64,000 bases of DNA from Gekko japonicus (lineage: Eukaryota), in contig NW_015170904.1 of NCBI RefSeq assembly GCF_001447785.1, positions 242,877 to 306,876 on the forward strand, given 5' to 3'. This document shows positions 11,698 through 25,076 of the stretch, one piece after another. Under the pieces are notes generated by a model. That model searched no databases. It saw nothing but the letters and a program-made list of their open reading frames with translations, and was not told the DNA's origin. Position 1 is the stretch's first letter; the number at the start of each line of letters is the position of its first letter. A program made the translations under genes and the position numbers.

Positions 11698-13332
11698 TAA
11701 TCATTTTTCACACTTGGTAAACATTTTCTGCAAAAGTTAAAAAAGTAAAGGCACACTAATAATATTATAGGATGAAACAAAGTTAAGTTTGGGAGTCGAT
11801 GTAAAAATACTATATTTAATTCAGCAGTACAAGATCCAGTAACTGGTTATGCTTATTCACATAGCGATATATTGTGGCCCCTAATTCTTGGCACTAGAAA
11901 TGTTCCAATACCCACCATCTGGTGAACTTTAATGTGTTTTTGAACAGCACAGCCTGGTAGTGTGCCTATATACAAGACATATTCACGCACAACATATAGT
12001 GGCAGGGGAAAGGAAAAGAAATTATGTTTCAGCTATGAATGACTTATATTTACCCAAGCGACAAAGAAATACCCAACGGCTCACAAGTGATCAAAGCCAC
12101 CCATGAGTTATAGAGGTCTCTTCTCATCGGTGAGGAATATATACTGCACTTGTACCTGTTTTGTATTCTGTTTGTACAACATGCACATTTTTAATTCTCA
12201 TTTTTATTTTGGTTTGTAGGTCTTTTTCGTCTTCCCAGCTAGTGATTTTTCAAAGTCTCAGCTGCCTCCTCTGTGTCTCATGTTGATGCCAGACACAGAG
12301 CAGATTGGAAGGCCTTTGAACATTCCATTAGTTGGGCTCAAAGTAGGCTTTTTTTTTCCTGATTGCTTGGTAGTGAGGAGCATAAGGAATTTAATTTTGA
12401 TTGACATACAGTGTGCCCTTAAAGCAAAGTGATCTTTCAGCAATCAGGCATCCACATTTTAGTTATGGATCTATCATGGTGATGCCCAGTCTGTGCTGCA
12501 GCAATTATATTTGATTCACAGTTTACTCTCTGGGTGTTGGCTACTTTAGGTTGTTCACATGGCTAGTCAGCACTGCTGTTTCCCACATGAATTTCTCAGA
12601 AAACTTGTCTAGTTTTCTCTTGCAGTAAGTGAGACTGTTTAAAAATGGTTTGTGCTTGACTCTTAGGCCTGTTTCCGAAGGCCTGCACGTTCCTCTAATG
12701 TTCAGTTAATCAACATAAAATCTTATTCGTAGCTAACTTTATTCCAAAATTTATCAGAATTATCATAGAGACAAGATAGGTTTTTTTGTTCCCTGGAGAC
12801 TCATGGTATGGGGAGCATCTTTGCCCATACCTTCCATTTAGCCACATTAATTTGCTTGGTTTAGAAGAACTGAAACTGTCTCCTAGGCAAATTCCAAATC
12901 TTACCATTTCTTCTCCTGGGAGTGATGTCACACTGTCGACAACAGCTGTGCCCCATGTCCCCACCCTCTTGGTCTCCTGCTGGTTGCTGGGCTAAGCCTG
13001 GCAACTCTATGGCCACAAGAGATGTAGCCAACTACAAAATATCAGGGTGTGAGGTCATGTATAACTAATAGTTACTTTTAAGCATTTCAGGCAGAAGCTT
13101 AGTTTAACAGGATGCCTTTTAAAATTGAACATATTGTTTAAAAACATTTTCTTGCACGCACCTTCAGCTGTGCGGTGAAGACCTTTATTCTGTGGTGGCA
13201 GCTGCTGCCAAAGCAACTTTTTAAAAATCTGCACGGCAAATCAGATCTCCAATGGCCAGTGAGAAGCCCTACTGAGCAAAAGCCCCACCAGGCCCCACTC
13301 TCTTGAGAGACTCCAAAAAAGATATCGGTGGG

Positions 13333-13610
13333 AAGAGCCAGTTTGGTGTAGTGGTTAAGAGCACAGACTTTAATCTGGGAGAACTGGGTTTGATTCCCCA
13401 CTCCTCCATGTGCAGCTGCTGGAGTGACCTTGGGTCAGTCACAGTTCTCTCAGAGCTGTTCTGGAAAGAGCAGTTCTTGAGAGAGCTCTCTCAGCCCCAC
13501 CTACCTCACAGGGTGTCTGTTGTGGGGAGGGGAAGGGAAAGGAGTTTGTAAGCCGCTCTGAGACTCCAAGTGAAGGGCAGGGTATAAATCCAATCTCCTC
13601 CTCCTCCTCC
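13333..13610 (+). mobile_element. Squam3-like tRNA-derived SINE
   Basis: Box A TGGTGTAGTGG, box B-like GGTTTGATTCCC, body CAGCCCCACCTACCTCACAGGGTG, end GTAAGCCGCTCTGAG...GGGTATAAAT(TCC)n. Confidence 0.85.
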
Positions 13611-13679
13611 ATGGTGTCCCCAGGCGCCACGTTGGGGACTCCCTTTTTTAGACTATTCACTAGTCCCATTTAAAGCAAT

Positions 13680-14330
13680 AGCCCTTCCAGCCAGGATCAT
13701 GTCCATCTTATCTGCATTCAACTTCAGTTTCTTCTGCCTCACCCACTTGACCTCTGCATTTAGAAATTGGGCCAGGACAGAGACAGCAGAACCAGCAGTA
13801 ACAGCTTATTAATATATAGCTGCATGTCATCAGCATATTAATGACAACCTACTCCCAAACTGTGGACAGTCTTAGGGGCCTTACATAGATGTTAAACAAC
13901 ATGGGAGATAATATAGTGTCGTGTGGCATCCCTCATGTCAGCTCTCAAGGAAGAATTCTTCCCCTGCAATCTGTGTCATAGGAAAGACTGGAACCATGTA
14001 AATGCTGCTCTGTGCAAACCCACCTCCTTCGAGGTGCCTTAGCAGTATCACATGGTCAGCCATAACAAACGCTGTTGACAGATCTAACTATAACAGTACA
14101 AATGCTTTTCCTTTGTCCATCATCCACAAGCAATTCTGACGTTGTCCCTCCCCAAACCTGTTTCAGAAGCCATATTGAAAAGTATCAGTGGCAGGTGTCT
14201 AATCCACGTATTTCTGGAGTTCAACAGCCTTTCCCCAAAAGGGAAGGCTCAATGCAGCTGTATAATTGGCCAAAACCTGCTTCTCTAAAGGTGGCTTCTT
14301 GAGTAAAGTTCCAATAATTTCCTCTTTTTG
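13680..14330 (-). mobile_element. Decayed L2-clade LINE reverse-transcriptase fragment
   Basis: Minus strand gives YADD (GTCATCAGCATA on +, ~13825) and a DLSTAF..DH.ILL-like motif (~14045-14085); multiple stops. Confidence 0.7.
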
Positions 14331-14799
14331 GGGTTTTGGAAAATCCCTTCTGGGGATTAGAAGTCCTCTGACTCAGGGCTTAATGCCCCCCTGCATGATT
14401 TTAAAAACCAAGAAGGACATGGATCTAGTTTATAAGCTGTAGCCTTCACCCTCCCCAGAATCTTGTCAATATCAGTCAGAGGAGTTAGACAGCGAAGACC
14501 TGTGACACTCGCAGGGGGATCCCTCCCCCTATCCCCACCACTGCCATCTCTGGCTTCCTCACTGCTAGTGTGTGGGGGGGGTGAGGACTGCCATGCCTCT
14601 CCACCTGAGCCACTGTTGACATGGTAGCCTCTGCATGCATGTTGAAAACTTGAAACAGCATCCTAGAATATCCCAGCACCAAGCCAGAGATCATGTTTGC
14701 AAGCTCAGACAGGTTATATAGTGGCAAGCTAAAGCAAAAGGACACTCAGTCTACCCTAGTGCCCTGCACAAGGAGCACACAATCAGCAATAACAGAAAT

Positions 14800-15435
14800 G
14801 CTATTCTATAGTTTACATTCTATGCTATATTCAATAGTCACTGCTCTGATTGCCCATCAGTTACTGGGCTCAATTTAAAGTATTGGCTGTCACATAGAAA
14901 GCCTTTCGTGGCCTTGGACCCTCATATCTGTGAGACCGTCTCTCCCCCTGTTCTCCGTTCTTCACTCATCTGAGTAAGGCCTTCTGCAGGTATGAACCTG
15001 CAAGTGGGCAAAATCAACAACTTCCTGTACACATGCCCTCTTCGTTGTGGCCATGTAGAATGGCCTGCCTGATGAAGTCAGAGAGCTCCCACTCTCCCAG
15101 AAACTATGGAAAACTGGATTATTGAAGAGGGCTTCTCTACGCAGGCAATAGAGTAGTACTGTACAGCATACTTCACAACAATATTTGGCTAAATTATTAG
15201 GGACTGTGGTCTATACTACTGTGTATGGTTTGCTGTAAGTTGGATCCTATTGTTCAATTATGCATCATTTAATGTGTCATATTAATACTTATACTTTATT
15301 TCAGTGCTGTTTTTTAGACTTCTGGCTGGTTCTACAGCCCAAATCCTATCTCATTGTTTATTGACTGTCCCCTCTTATTGATTGTATTGCCTCACTCTGT
15401 TTAATCCTCACTATAAATAATGCAAATAAATAAAT
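14800..15435 (+). mobile_element. L2-clade LINE 3' end (ORF2 C-terminus, 3' UTR, AATAAATAAAT tail)
   Basis: Encodes a degenerate LPI...QFKVL.VT.KAF.GLGP.YL.D.L motif typical of the L2 ORF2 end; ends in ATAAATAAAT. Confidence 0.7.
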
Positions 15436-17847
15436 GTGAGGAAAGGGAAAGACACTTAAGGACCACCACCCCCAACCCCTCCCTCCTGAGGTTGATAAAA
15501 GACCATGTACCCAGATGGGACCAACTGAGAATAACACTGTCAGAGTCATCCAGCTACATCTCTGTCAAGCATGCCGTGTCATACTGCTCTTTTAGAAGAA
15601 GGTCAAATAAAATAGCAAACTTATGTTTAAAAGACTTGGCATTGCATTTCGTCAAGGTTGGGGGTGGTGGTTAATGAAACAGCCCTCTCACCCATATTTC
15701 TGGGGATGGGCTGGAGATTAGAAGGAGAGCAAGCATACCCATATCTTCCTGAACAAATTGTCAAAAAATGTCCATCCCTTCCCAAACATATTCCCTACAC
15801 CAGTCTACTAGGAAAAACTCAATGGGTAAATGTTCGTGGGTAAATATATCCAGTATCAAGAATGCATCAAATACATCCATATTTAAAAAGTATGCAGTAG
15901 TGTTGATGCATAGATCCAAAAAGTGAATATACCTATTTCCATGATAGCTTGGATAGAAGTGATCATGTTTCCAAGCAGTTTCTGTTCTGAATCCAGAATG
16001 AAAAGCATTTCCATGTCTCTTGAACCACATTACCCATAAAACACAGATCATAAATGACCATCGAACTTTTTTTTATGGCTGTTGACATAGCAGGTCAAAG
16101 AATTATAATAAAAATGCTTGTTTTTCAATCTTTATACATTTCAAGATCAAAAGTTTCCAATCATCCAATGAGGAAATTGTAATACTAGTTAAAAACAATT
16201 ATTTAAAAAGTTCAGAAAATGTAAAATGGTATTTGTGGTCATGAAGTGATAAGACAGTTTGTATTGAGTCTCCTTAATTCACTCATCTTTGTAGTCTCAT
16301 TCTTACTCGTGAAAGACCTCTGCACACATCGTTAAAGGAGAAATACAGTAATTCACATCAGAAAATCACCCCATTAAAGTTAGTACGGCTTTAAAAATCT
16401 ACCTAAAGGAGGTTCAGGAATTAGCTGGTAGGAAACCTGAATAGCTTCTTATTCCCAGGGTGGTCTTCCCAGTGTAGAGTTGTGGTCACTGTGGCAGGGC
16501 AGTTCCTCTGTCACTTCCTGAGTTATACCTGGCTCGCGAATAAAGAGGGGACTTCATTTTCCAGGGTTGGAAGTTTTATAGTTTTTCAAGTACAGTAGAA
16601 GTAGTTTGGAACACTTCTAGATGTTTTTACTGGAAATCTAAGTAGATATGTGGGATGAGTGCTCATGCCTGAGTTTTAGAATTTGACGTGAAAGAGCATA
16701 CTTCAGAATTAATGGACTGGATGGGAAAAAATTAACATCTGGCTCCGATAATGAGATGTGCAGGGAGAATTTTTAAAAGAATATCAGTGCTGTAACATTA
16801 TCCTTCTGCTTTATTATATGCAGAAGATCAGAGTAGACCAACAGTGCTCACTCCTGAGCTCACAGGAGCTCACAGGTAAATTTGCATTTACCATCAACCA
16901 AAAGAGCTTCATTGCTGTATATGCCCTGTGTGCCACCTCACCAAACACATACAATAATATAAGATGTAGCTGTTAGTACATGATATAACTATAATAATAA
17001 CCCTTTTAGTTACCAGAGTTCCTCTGAGCATGTAAGGCTGTCTCTCTCCAGCATTGTTGAACTGGTTTTAGTTTTAGTTTCCTTGCTGTCTTCTGCTCTT
17101 TCCCACACACAAGGGTCTTTCCCAGGCACACGGCACACAGCTCAGATGAGATCAAGATCTGCAAGACTATTCTGCCTCATCCCAGGGAGAGAGTGAGAAG
17201 GCAGTGAAGAAAGTAAAAAGTGCTCAGGTCTGGTCTGATCCAGCCAGCAGCAGCATTGTGAAGCCTCTACTTTCAAGAAGCTTGTGTGTCCTTGGCTTTC
17301 TTCTCTGCCTTCTCACATTGCAGCCCAACTCCACAAGTGAAGTTAAAGCATTTAGAGTATAAATCACTTCATTTCACTCACGGATTTGTGCCCCGATTTT
17401 TTTTTTGCACACCTCTAATCACCACCCCATTGTGGCCAGGTTGGTCTTTTCCTGGATGACTCCTATGTTTCACTTTCTCTTCTCTGCAGTCAGCTTGATC
17501 TCCAGGCGGCAGCCTGGATGCTGGGAAGAGTGCAAGGCTGCAGAAAGGGTTGGGAAGTTATGAACAGGATGGAACCTTTACTTCCATTTGTGGCACGGGG
17601 GCTCCACACCACAGGAAGGCTCACGGCTTACTTGTCCTCCAGTCTCTATGGTGATGGCTATTTCAGAGTAGGAACCACCTGACAACCAGAAACCTCACTA
17701 GGCAGTGGTCTTGCCCACTTTCCTGAACCATGGGGTGGATGCCATATTGGGTGCTTAGAAGAGGCACAGATAGCTTGTCAAAAAGCCACATGTTGCTCTC
17801 GAGCCACTGAATATCATTGGACTAGACCAACTAAAAATGTTTATTTA

Positions 17848-18061
17848 TAAGAACATAAGAGACACCAATGTTGGATCAGGCCAAAGGCCCATCCAGTCCA
17901 ACACTCTGTGTCACACAGTGGCCAGAAATACCAAGTGCCATCAGGAGGTCCACCAGTGGGGCCAGGACATTAGAAGCCCTCCCACTGTTGACCCCCCCCC
18001 CAAGCACCAAGAAGACAGAGCATCACTTGCCCAGAGCCCCTATCTATACCTTGTGGCTAAT
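17848..18061 (-). mobile_element. CR1-type LINE 3'-end fragment
   Basis: ATAAGAACATAAG tail followed by TGTTGGATCAGGCCAAAGGCCCATCCAGTCCAACA; near-identical segment at 32381-32538. Confidence 0.75.
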
Positions 18062-19494
18062 ATTCACCCCTCTATCAGCTCTGTCTCCTGCTCCTGCTCA
18101 GAGCTCAGCTGGGTCTATTTATGTAGGGATGTACATTCAAATGTATATCCCAGTTTAGGTGTCTACTTCTGTGCACGGCTTTCAGTGGAACTATACTTCA
18201 GAGTATGCATTTCATTTGATGGTCCATCTGTACTGGATTCCTTTCAAGACAGTGTGCTCACTGAACTATTTTAAGGTGTGTTTTGTGCTCAGTCATAGAA
18301 AATGGCTTAGACAATACCTAGATTTCTGTGAGTGTTGGTGGTCGGGGGACAGTTTTCACAGATTATTCCCAAGCAATTCGTGGGGGAACCCTTCCCACAG
18401 AAGCAGCATTTTGAGGGGCAGTTTGGGCTGCTGGAATAAGGGGGGGAAATAATTTTTTTAAATCTCCTCCTCCCTCCTGATATGCACAGAAATTCAAAGT
18501 GGAAGCCAAGCCTTGGAATAAAAGTGTACCGGGTTTTCATCCCAGACCCCCCCCCCCCCCCCCCCTCCTCTTTCATTCATAACCCTGATCTGGCTAGCCT
18601 CATTCAGCAATTGCTGTTCTTTCTGTGGAGACATATGTAACACAGGAAAAATGACTGTATACAGGATGAGTCTTCAGACAAATTATTTGTGCACTATTTT
18701 AAAGACATTTGGGCTTCTGCCAACATTTCTGTACCTGGAACAAGAATGACCAGGGCCTCTTTTGACAGATGATTTCATTACTGTAAATATCATCACTTTC
18801 TAACTAGTGTATCATTGCAACTGTGTATTTGGGGGAGAAAGAAAATGATACACAGTTTTCAAAGTTTATCCTGTCCTCCAGAATGTAGCTTGCATATGTA
18901 GAGTTCCGGCAGCTAGATGCAAGCAAAATATTGTGACACCTTTTAGTCTCAAAACAGAACTTTTGGTTCCTGTAATCTAGTGGCTCTGGTGTGAGGGAGC
19001 TCTGTGAGGAAATCTCTTGAAATGCGAAAATTATGATATAATATTGATTGGTTAAGAGACAGGTAGACGTGCTTTTCAAACATGCTTTGTGCTGTTTACC
19101 TTCACAGACAACAACTTGAGCAGGATTTTGTTGTTTCCAGCTACCTTCAGCAGAATGTGACTGACATAATATTGCACGAACAAAACCTCAGTTCTATCAT
19201 TTTTGTGCACGTGTCTGCTTTCAGCTTGCAACCTGGTTTGATGTCTTGCTTCTCAGAATGCTTGACGGTAGTAATAACGGAAACAGAGGGGGGAAAATGT
19301 CAGGGAGTTTCAAAGGGATGTTTTATTGATTCTGTAATTGCACAGTAGAATGGACAAGCTGAACTGTACCTCAGGGCAAGGAAAGCCCCTGTCTAAACGG
19401 AATCCGTTGAATGTACACTCAGCTGTAACTTCAGCAGGNNNNNNNNNNNNNNNNNNNNNNNNNNNNNNNNNNNNNNNNNNNNGCGCGCTCTCAC

Positions 19495-19498
<4 letters not shown>

Positions 19499-19556
<58 letters not shown>
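19499..19556. repeat. (TC)n microsatellite next to an assembly gap
   Basis: Direct reading. Confidence 0.95.
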
Positions 19557-19561
<5 letters not shown>

Positions 19562-20756
19562 TTGCTTTAGATTCATTTGGCTTGAAATTGTAATCAAAGT
19601 ACCAAAGAAAGAAACAGACCAAAATAGCAGTTTGTCATAAGGTTACTTTGTGATCCTGCTGATCCTAACAGTACTTGTAGAATCATAAGGAAATCATGCA
19701 GAATCTGCCTGTATTTTTATTTTCTCCCATTCTGAGGATGTTTCAAGAATAACAGTGCCATCCTATGCAGGTCTAATCTAGTTAGAACCCTCCTCAGGTC
19801 TATTCAGTGGTGCTTACTCCCAGGAAAGCATTCTTAAGAATTGCACTGTAAGAGAGGATTCCATGTTCAAAAAGATACCTTAATAATAGAAGCTACTAGA
19901 ATAACAATAACTTGCAAATAATTACCGTGATATTATGATCTTACTATTGGACAAAACTGAATTTTCAACTTGTATTTTCCTTAAACTGCTACAAAGACTG
20001 GTTTTTATAGCTTATGGTAGCTGTCATTCCCACTAAAATGCTGGCTGCCTTTACGCTGGGTGTTGTTATCAACCAAATGAGAAGCTTAATTAAAGCCAAT
20101 TTAAAAGTGGTACTGGAATAAATAGTTGGGGAGTGTTTTCATGATTTCAAAGAAGTTTGTCAATCTGAAGTATTGATTTAGAAAATTCAGCAAGTTCATG
20201 GTCAGTTTGCACTTGTGATTTGGCTTGATGTGTGGGAACTCAAGACTAATTTCAGGAGCTGCTTTTGTGTTTTCAGCCAGAACAGGCCAGGTATGCTGTA
20301 AATATAATGTGCTTAGCCCCAGGGGATAAGGAGTGTCTCATAACTCATAATAACTGTGGTTTAAACAGAGAGGGAAAAGTAGGTAGGGGGGAGAGATACA
20401 ATGTTTGTTTGGCATATAGTCCATTTTTTACAAGTGTGGGATAGTAAAAGTTTTTTGGGGAGAACAATTTTTGTCCCCTTATTCTTTCTCCATTGAGAAA
20501 GTGTTTCTTAATGAAAAGCCAGAGAACAGTTCTTTAAAACAGGTCTTCTTCCAGTTGGGCAGGGGGATTTGTACACCAGCTGTTATTATTCTTGTTGTTT
20601 TGTTGTTGTTAGTCCACCTTCAACACTGGGACTGAAAGCAGATTACAAGAATAATGAAAAACAGGCAGCCCAATTGTAAAACCCCAGCGTCAGCACACTA
20701 TTGACACTGGTGTAATGCCAACATTACTGTGGTATACCATCACATCTATGCAAAGG

Positions 20757-21454
20757 CAAAAGTAATGACTACAAGAAGACAAAAGTAATGACTACTGGGG
20801 AATTACACAACATCAACGTTGATGATGAAGAAATTGAAATTGTTCAAGATTTTCTACTCCTTGGCTCCATCAACTGAAAGGGAGACTGCACCCAAGAAGT
20901 CAGAAGGAGATTGAAACTGGGGAGGGCAGCCATGAAGGAGCTAGAAAAAACCCTCAAGGGTAAGGATTTGTTGCTGGCGACCAAAATCAAGTTAACTCAT
21001 GCCACAGTATTCTCCATTACTATGAATGGGTGTGAAATTTGGACAATGAAGAAAGCTGACAAGAAGAAAATAGATTTCTTTGAAATGTGGTCTTGTAGTT
21101 TTGGAGGAGAGTTTTACAAATACTGTGGACCTGCCAAAAAGACAAATAAGTGGGTCCTCGACCAAATCAGGCCTGAACTCTCCCTAGAAGCTAAAATGGC
21201 TAAACTGAGGCTATCACACTTTGGTCACATCATGAGAAGACAGGAGTCACTGGGAAAGGCAATAATGCCAGGAAAAGTTGAAGACAGCATGAAAAGAGGA
21301 AGACCCAACTCGAGATGGATTGACTCAATAAAGGAAACCATGGCCCCTCAGTTTGCAAGATCTGAGAATGGCTGCTAACGATAGGACATTTTGGGGAACA
21401 TTGATTCATAGGATTGCTGTAAGTCAGAACACACACACACACACACACACACAC
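20757..21454 (+). mobile_element. 5'-truncated RTE-clade LINE (non-BovB lineage) ORF2 3' end with (CA)n tail
   Basis: ORF 20911..21378 reads GCEIWTMKKADKKKIDFFEMW...LRLSHFGHIMRRQESLGKAIMPGKVE..KRGRP..RWID, a typical RTE C-terminus; a stop codon lies upstream of it. Confidence 0.9.
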
Positions 21455-21815
21455 AAATAGTTCTGTGAAACACCCTTAATTGTTTCAGAGTCCACAGTAG
21501 CTTTGCCATAAGCCATCAGTCATGGAGCATTGTGCCGCTGATGCCCTGATGACAGGCAGAGAGAAAGAGCCAACCAGTGCACTCTGATGTGGTCCTGCCT
21601 CCTTGATTTCAGGCCATCACCACTAATGTATATAACATAACTGATATGCATGTGTTTCTTATATTCTCCACTCAGTATGTATAAAGGCTCTTGCAACCTA
21701 CTGACTGACCTATTCAATTATAGGATCAGAATTCTTAAACTACTTCCATGTGATCTAGAAAGCTAATCTTTGGTACACGTAGTCCAAGACATTGATTTCT
21801 AGGAAAGTATAACAG

Positions 21816-22739
21816 CAGATAGAATAGGAAAAGGAGTACGGCAAGGATGTATATTGTCACCCTGCTTATTTAATTTATATGCAGAGTACATCATGCAAAA
21901 TGCCAGCCTGGATGAATCACAAGCCAGAATTATGATTGCCGGGGAAACATCAACAACCTCAGATATGCAGACAATAACACTCTAATGGCAGAAAGTAAAG
22001 AGGACCTCAAGAGCCTCTTGCTGGGGGTCAAAGAGGAGAATGCAAAAGTTGGCTTGAAACTCAACATCAAAAAAACTAAGATCATGATATCTGGCCCCAT
22101 CACTCCTTGGCAAGTAGAAGGGGACGTCACGGAAGCGGTGGCAGAATCCATGTTCCTGGGATCCAAGATCACTGCAGATGGTGACTACAGCCATAAAATT
22201 AAAAGACACCTGCTCCTTGGGAGGAAAGAGATGGCAAACCTAGACAGCATAATAAAAAGTAGAAACATCACCCTGCCAACAAAAGTCTGCATAGTCAAAG
22301 CAATGGTATTCCCAGTAGTAATGTACGGCTGTGAGAGTTGGACCATAAGGAAGGCTGAGCGCTAAAGAATAGATGTTTTTGAATTATGGTGCTGGAGAAG
22401 ACTCTTGAGAGTCCCTTGGACTGCAAGGAAATTCAATCCTAAAGGAAATCAACTCTGACTGTTCCCTGGAAGGCCAGATACTGAGGCTGAATCTCAAATA
22501 CTTTGGCCACCAAATGAGAAGGGAGCACTAACTGGAGAAGACCCTGATGCTGGGAAAGATTGAAGGTAAAGAAGAAGGGGACGGTAAAGGATGAGATGGT
22601 TAAACAGTGTTACCGATACAACGAACATGAAATTGAGCAAACTCCGTAGGATGGCAGAAGACAGGAGGGCCTGGCGTGATGTAGTCCATGGGGTTGCAAA
22701 GAGCCAGACTTGACTGTGCGACTGAACAACAACAACAAC
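21816..22739 (+). mobile_element. 5'-truncated BovB (RTE-clade) LINE
   Basis: IGKGVRQGCILSPCLFNLYAEYIM...LRYAD; ORF 21985 AESKEDLKSLL..VKEE.AKVGLKLNIKKTK...KAMVFPVVMYGCESWTI; 3' GTCCATGGGGTTGCAAAGAG...CTGAA(CAA)n; TSD ATAACAG (21809-21815, 22740-22746). Confidence 0.95.
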
Positions 22740-23099
22740 ATAACAGGAGAAGTGTATCCTACATGAATTCAGGCCCTTCCACCCTGGTCAGAAAGCTGAT
22801 GTGTAAAACACCCAGGGTCCAAAAGCAGGACATTTTTATGTCTTGTTCAAAGAGGGCTCATGTAGTGTATTGCACAATAGATAAGCTAGTGGACAGCACC
22901 AAACTCCCTGAAATTTGCTAAATGTATAGCCAGATCTCAATTACTTGAGAAGTCTGGTAGAGGAGTTTTCAGAAATGAAGTATGCCTCAGGAAGTCAGCA
23001 TTCTAACATAAAGCAAGCTAAAACCACATTAGACAGAATGTTAGGCTGTGAGAGATATACTACTAGCAGTTGTCAAAACTCAAAGCATAGAAATACTAA

Positions 23100-24292
23100 T
23101 CATATATATATGATTCTCTTGATGCGTTGGCCATTTCCAGCTCTCCCATTGGCTGGGCTGTGTGGCCATTGGCCCATCAACCGCCATTCATTTGGCAAGC
23201 ACCATTAGGATTTGATGAATGTGACTATGAGATATGACTAGTGTGCTTGCCAAATGAATTAATATTATATAGGTATTTCAACACTACCCACTTTGATAAA
23301 GTTGTACACGAAACGAGATGTAATATGCATGGTTCGTTGGTGTTGATGGCGTTTGAATTGCTTCCAGTAAACTGAATATGGGAAAAAGAATTTACAAGTC
23401 TGTAAAGAACTTTTTTTGGCACAACACATCACGGTTGTTTGCTTCCTTTCAACTTCCATCCCAGAGATCAGTTCCCTGGAGAAAATGGCTGCTTTGGAGG
23501 GTAGACCCTATTGCATTATACCCTGTTGAGTCCTTCCCCTCCACAAATGCTGCCCTCCAGAGGATCCGCTCCCCAAATCTCCAGGTATTTCCCTACTCAA
23601 AGCTGGCAACCCTACTTTCCCTTCAGTGCCTATTGCTAGTCAACCAAGCTTGGTTTTGTCAGTAAAAGGCGGGGGGGGGGAGAAGGACCGTTTTTACGCC
23701 TATTTTGGCCTTTGGGGGAAAACTCATTAGGGCCAGTCCTGACTAGGGTTGCCAGCTCCAGGTTGGGAAATTCCTGGAGATTTTATGGTAGAGTCTACAG
23801 AAGCCATAGTTTAGGGAGGGGAGTGGCCTCAGCTGAACAGAATGCCATAGAGCCCACCCTCCAAAGCAGTTATTTTCTAGACATTGTACCTGGACATGTA
23901 CAATGCCATAAACTCCACTCCAAACCAGCCATTTCCTTTTGGGGAACCACTGTTGCCAATCTCCAGGTGGAGTGGTGGAGCCTGGAGAGGGTGAGATTTA
24001 AGGAGAAGTGGGAGCTCAGACAAGTACAATGCCATGGACTCCATCCTCCAAACCAGCCATTTCCTCCTGGGGAACCATTGTTGCCAATCTCCAGGGAGGG
24101 TTGGAGATCACTCAAAGTTATAACTGCTGTTCATGTAGCAGAGTTCAGTTCCTCTGGAGAAAATGGTGGACTGCTTCATTATACTCTGCTGAGGCCACCA
24201 CAGCAAATTGACACTGACAATGCTGGGGCACTGTCCCAAAGCCTCTTTCTAGAGGTCGTTATATTTATTTCCACAACGGGCCTTATTCCTAA
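23100..24292 (+). mobile_element. Non-autonomous Helitron-like element C
   Basis: 5' A|TCATATATATATGATT (23100); 3' GGTCGTTATATTTATTTCCACAACGGGCCTTATTCCTAA|T (CTRR at 24289-24292); ~23880-24245 is a reverse-complement homologue of ~32540-32830; no TSD. Confidence 0.8.
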
Positions 24293-24777
24293 TATATTAT
24301 AAAATCTCAGTAGTGTGTTGTGAAATGCCTTTTTTGTTGGTGACCTGCCACATTGGGGGGGGGGATAAATTGCAATGAAAAAATGCATTACTTTTCTTTC
24401 AGTAGCATTATTCACATGAAATAAAATAAGCTGTCACATAGATGGTCTCATGACTGAGACCTACTGTGCAGTCCTAAACAGAATTATGCCCTTCTAAGTC
24501 CATTGATGTCAGTGGTCTTAGAATGGCTGGCATATCTCTTATACCTTTTCAAACTGCCTTTGTATTCCATTTTAGTAACTGGTTGCTAATGGATTTTTTT
24601 CTGTCATTTCAGACAGACCCTTTTTAGTAACTGGCTACTAGTGGAATTTATTTACCTGTTCATACAAACCTACTTAAGTGTGGTTGAGCCACTTTTCAGG
24701 GAAACTGCTCCTTTCTGTTTTCAACCCCTTCGTTGTACCTCTGAATTGTTGTGCTTTGCTCTTTTAAATGTCCATAG

Positions 24778-25076
24778 CATTTCCTACAATGCTGCTTTTT
24801 CCCCACTCGTTTTTCGCCATACAATCTTTTGTGGACTCTTTTTAACATTCTAAGTTGAGTGCTATAGTGCTAAAAAGATATAACACTTCAGTGCTATAGC
24901 AGCACCTTTGAGATGCATTGACTGAATTGAATCAATGCATCTCAATGGTGCTGCTATAGCACTGAAGTGTTATATCAGTTTAGAGCTATAGCACTCAATT
25001 TAGAATGTTAAAAAGAGTCCACAAAAGATTGCGTGATGAAAAAGGGCAGGGGGGAAAACGGCACTGTTTGAAATGA
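24778..25076. repeat. Long inverted repeat / fold-back element (core arms 24822-24921 and 24932-25031, 10-nt loop)
   Basis: 100-bp arms with about 6 mismatches by manual comparison; weaker complementarity continues ~45 bp outward. Confidence 0.95.

Noticed and set aside
13333-13410. tRNA genes at SINE heads (also 42.5, 61.7, 62.1 kb)
   Set aside because: A/B boxes only, no complete cloverleaf; followed by SINE body and tail
23712-24302. 196-aa ORF
   Set aside because: Non-ATG start, composed of duplicated MITE fragments inside element C; no RepHel or other domain similarity
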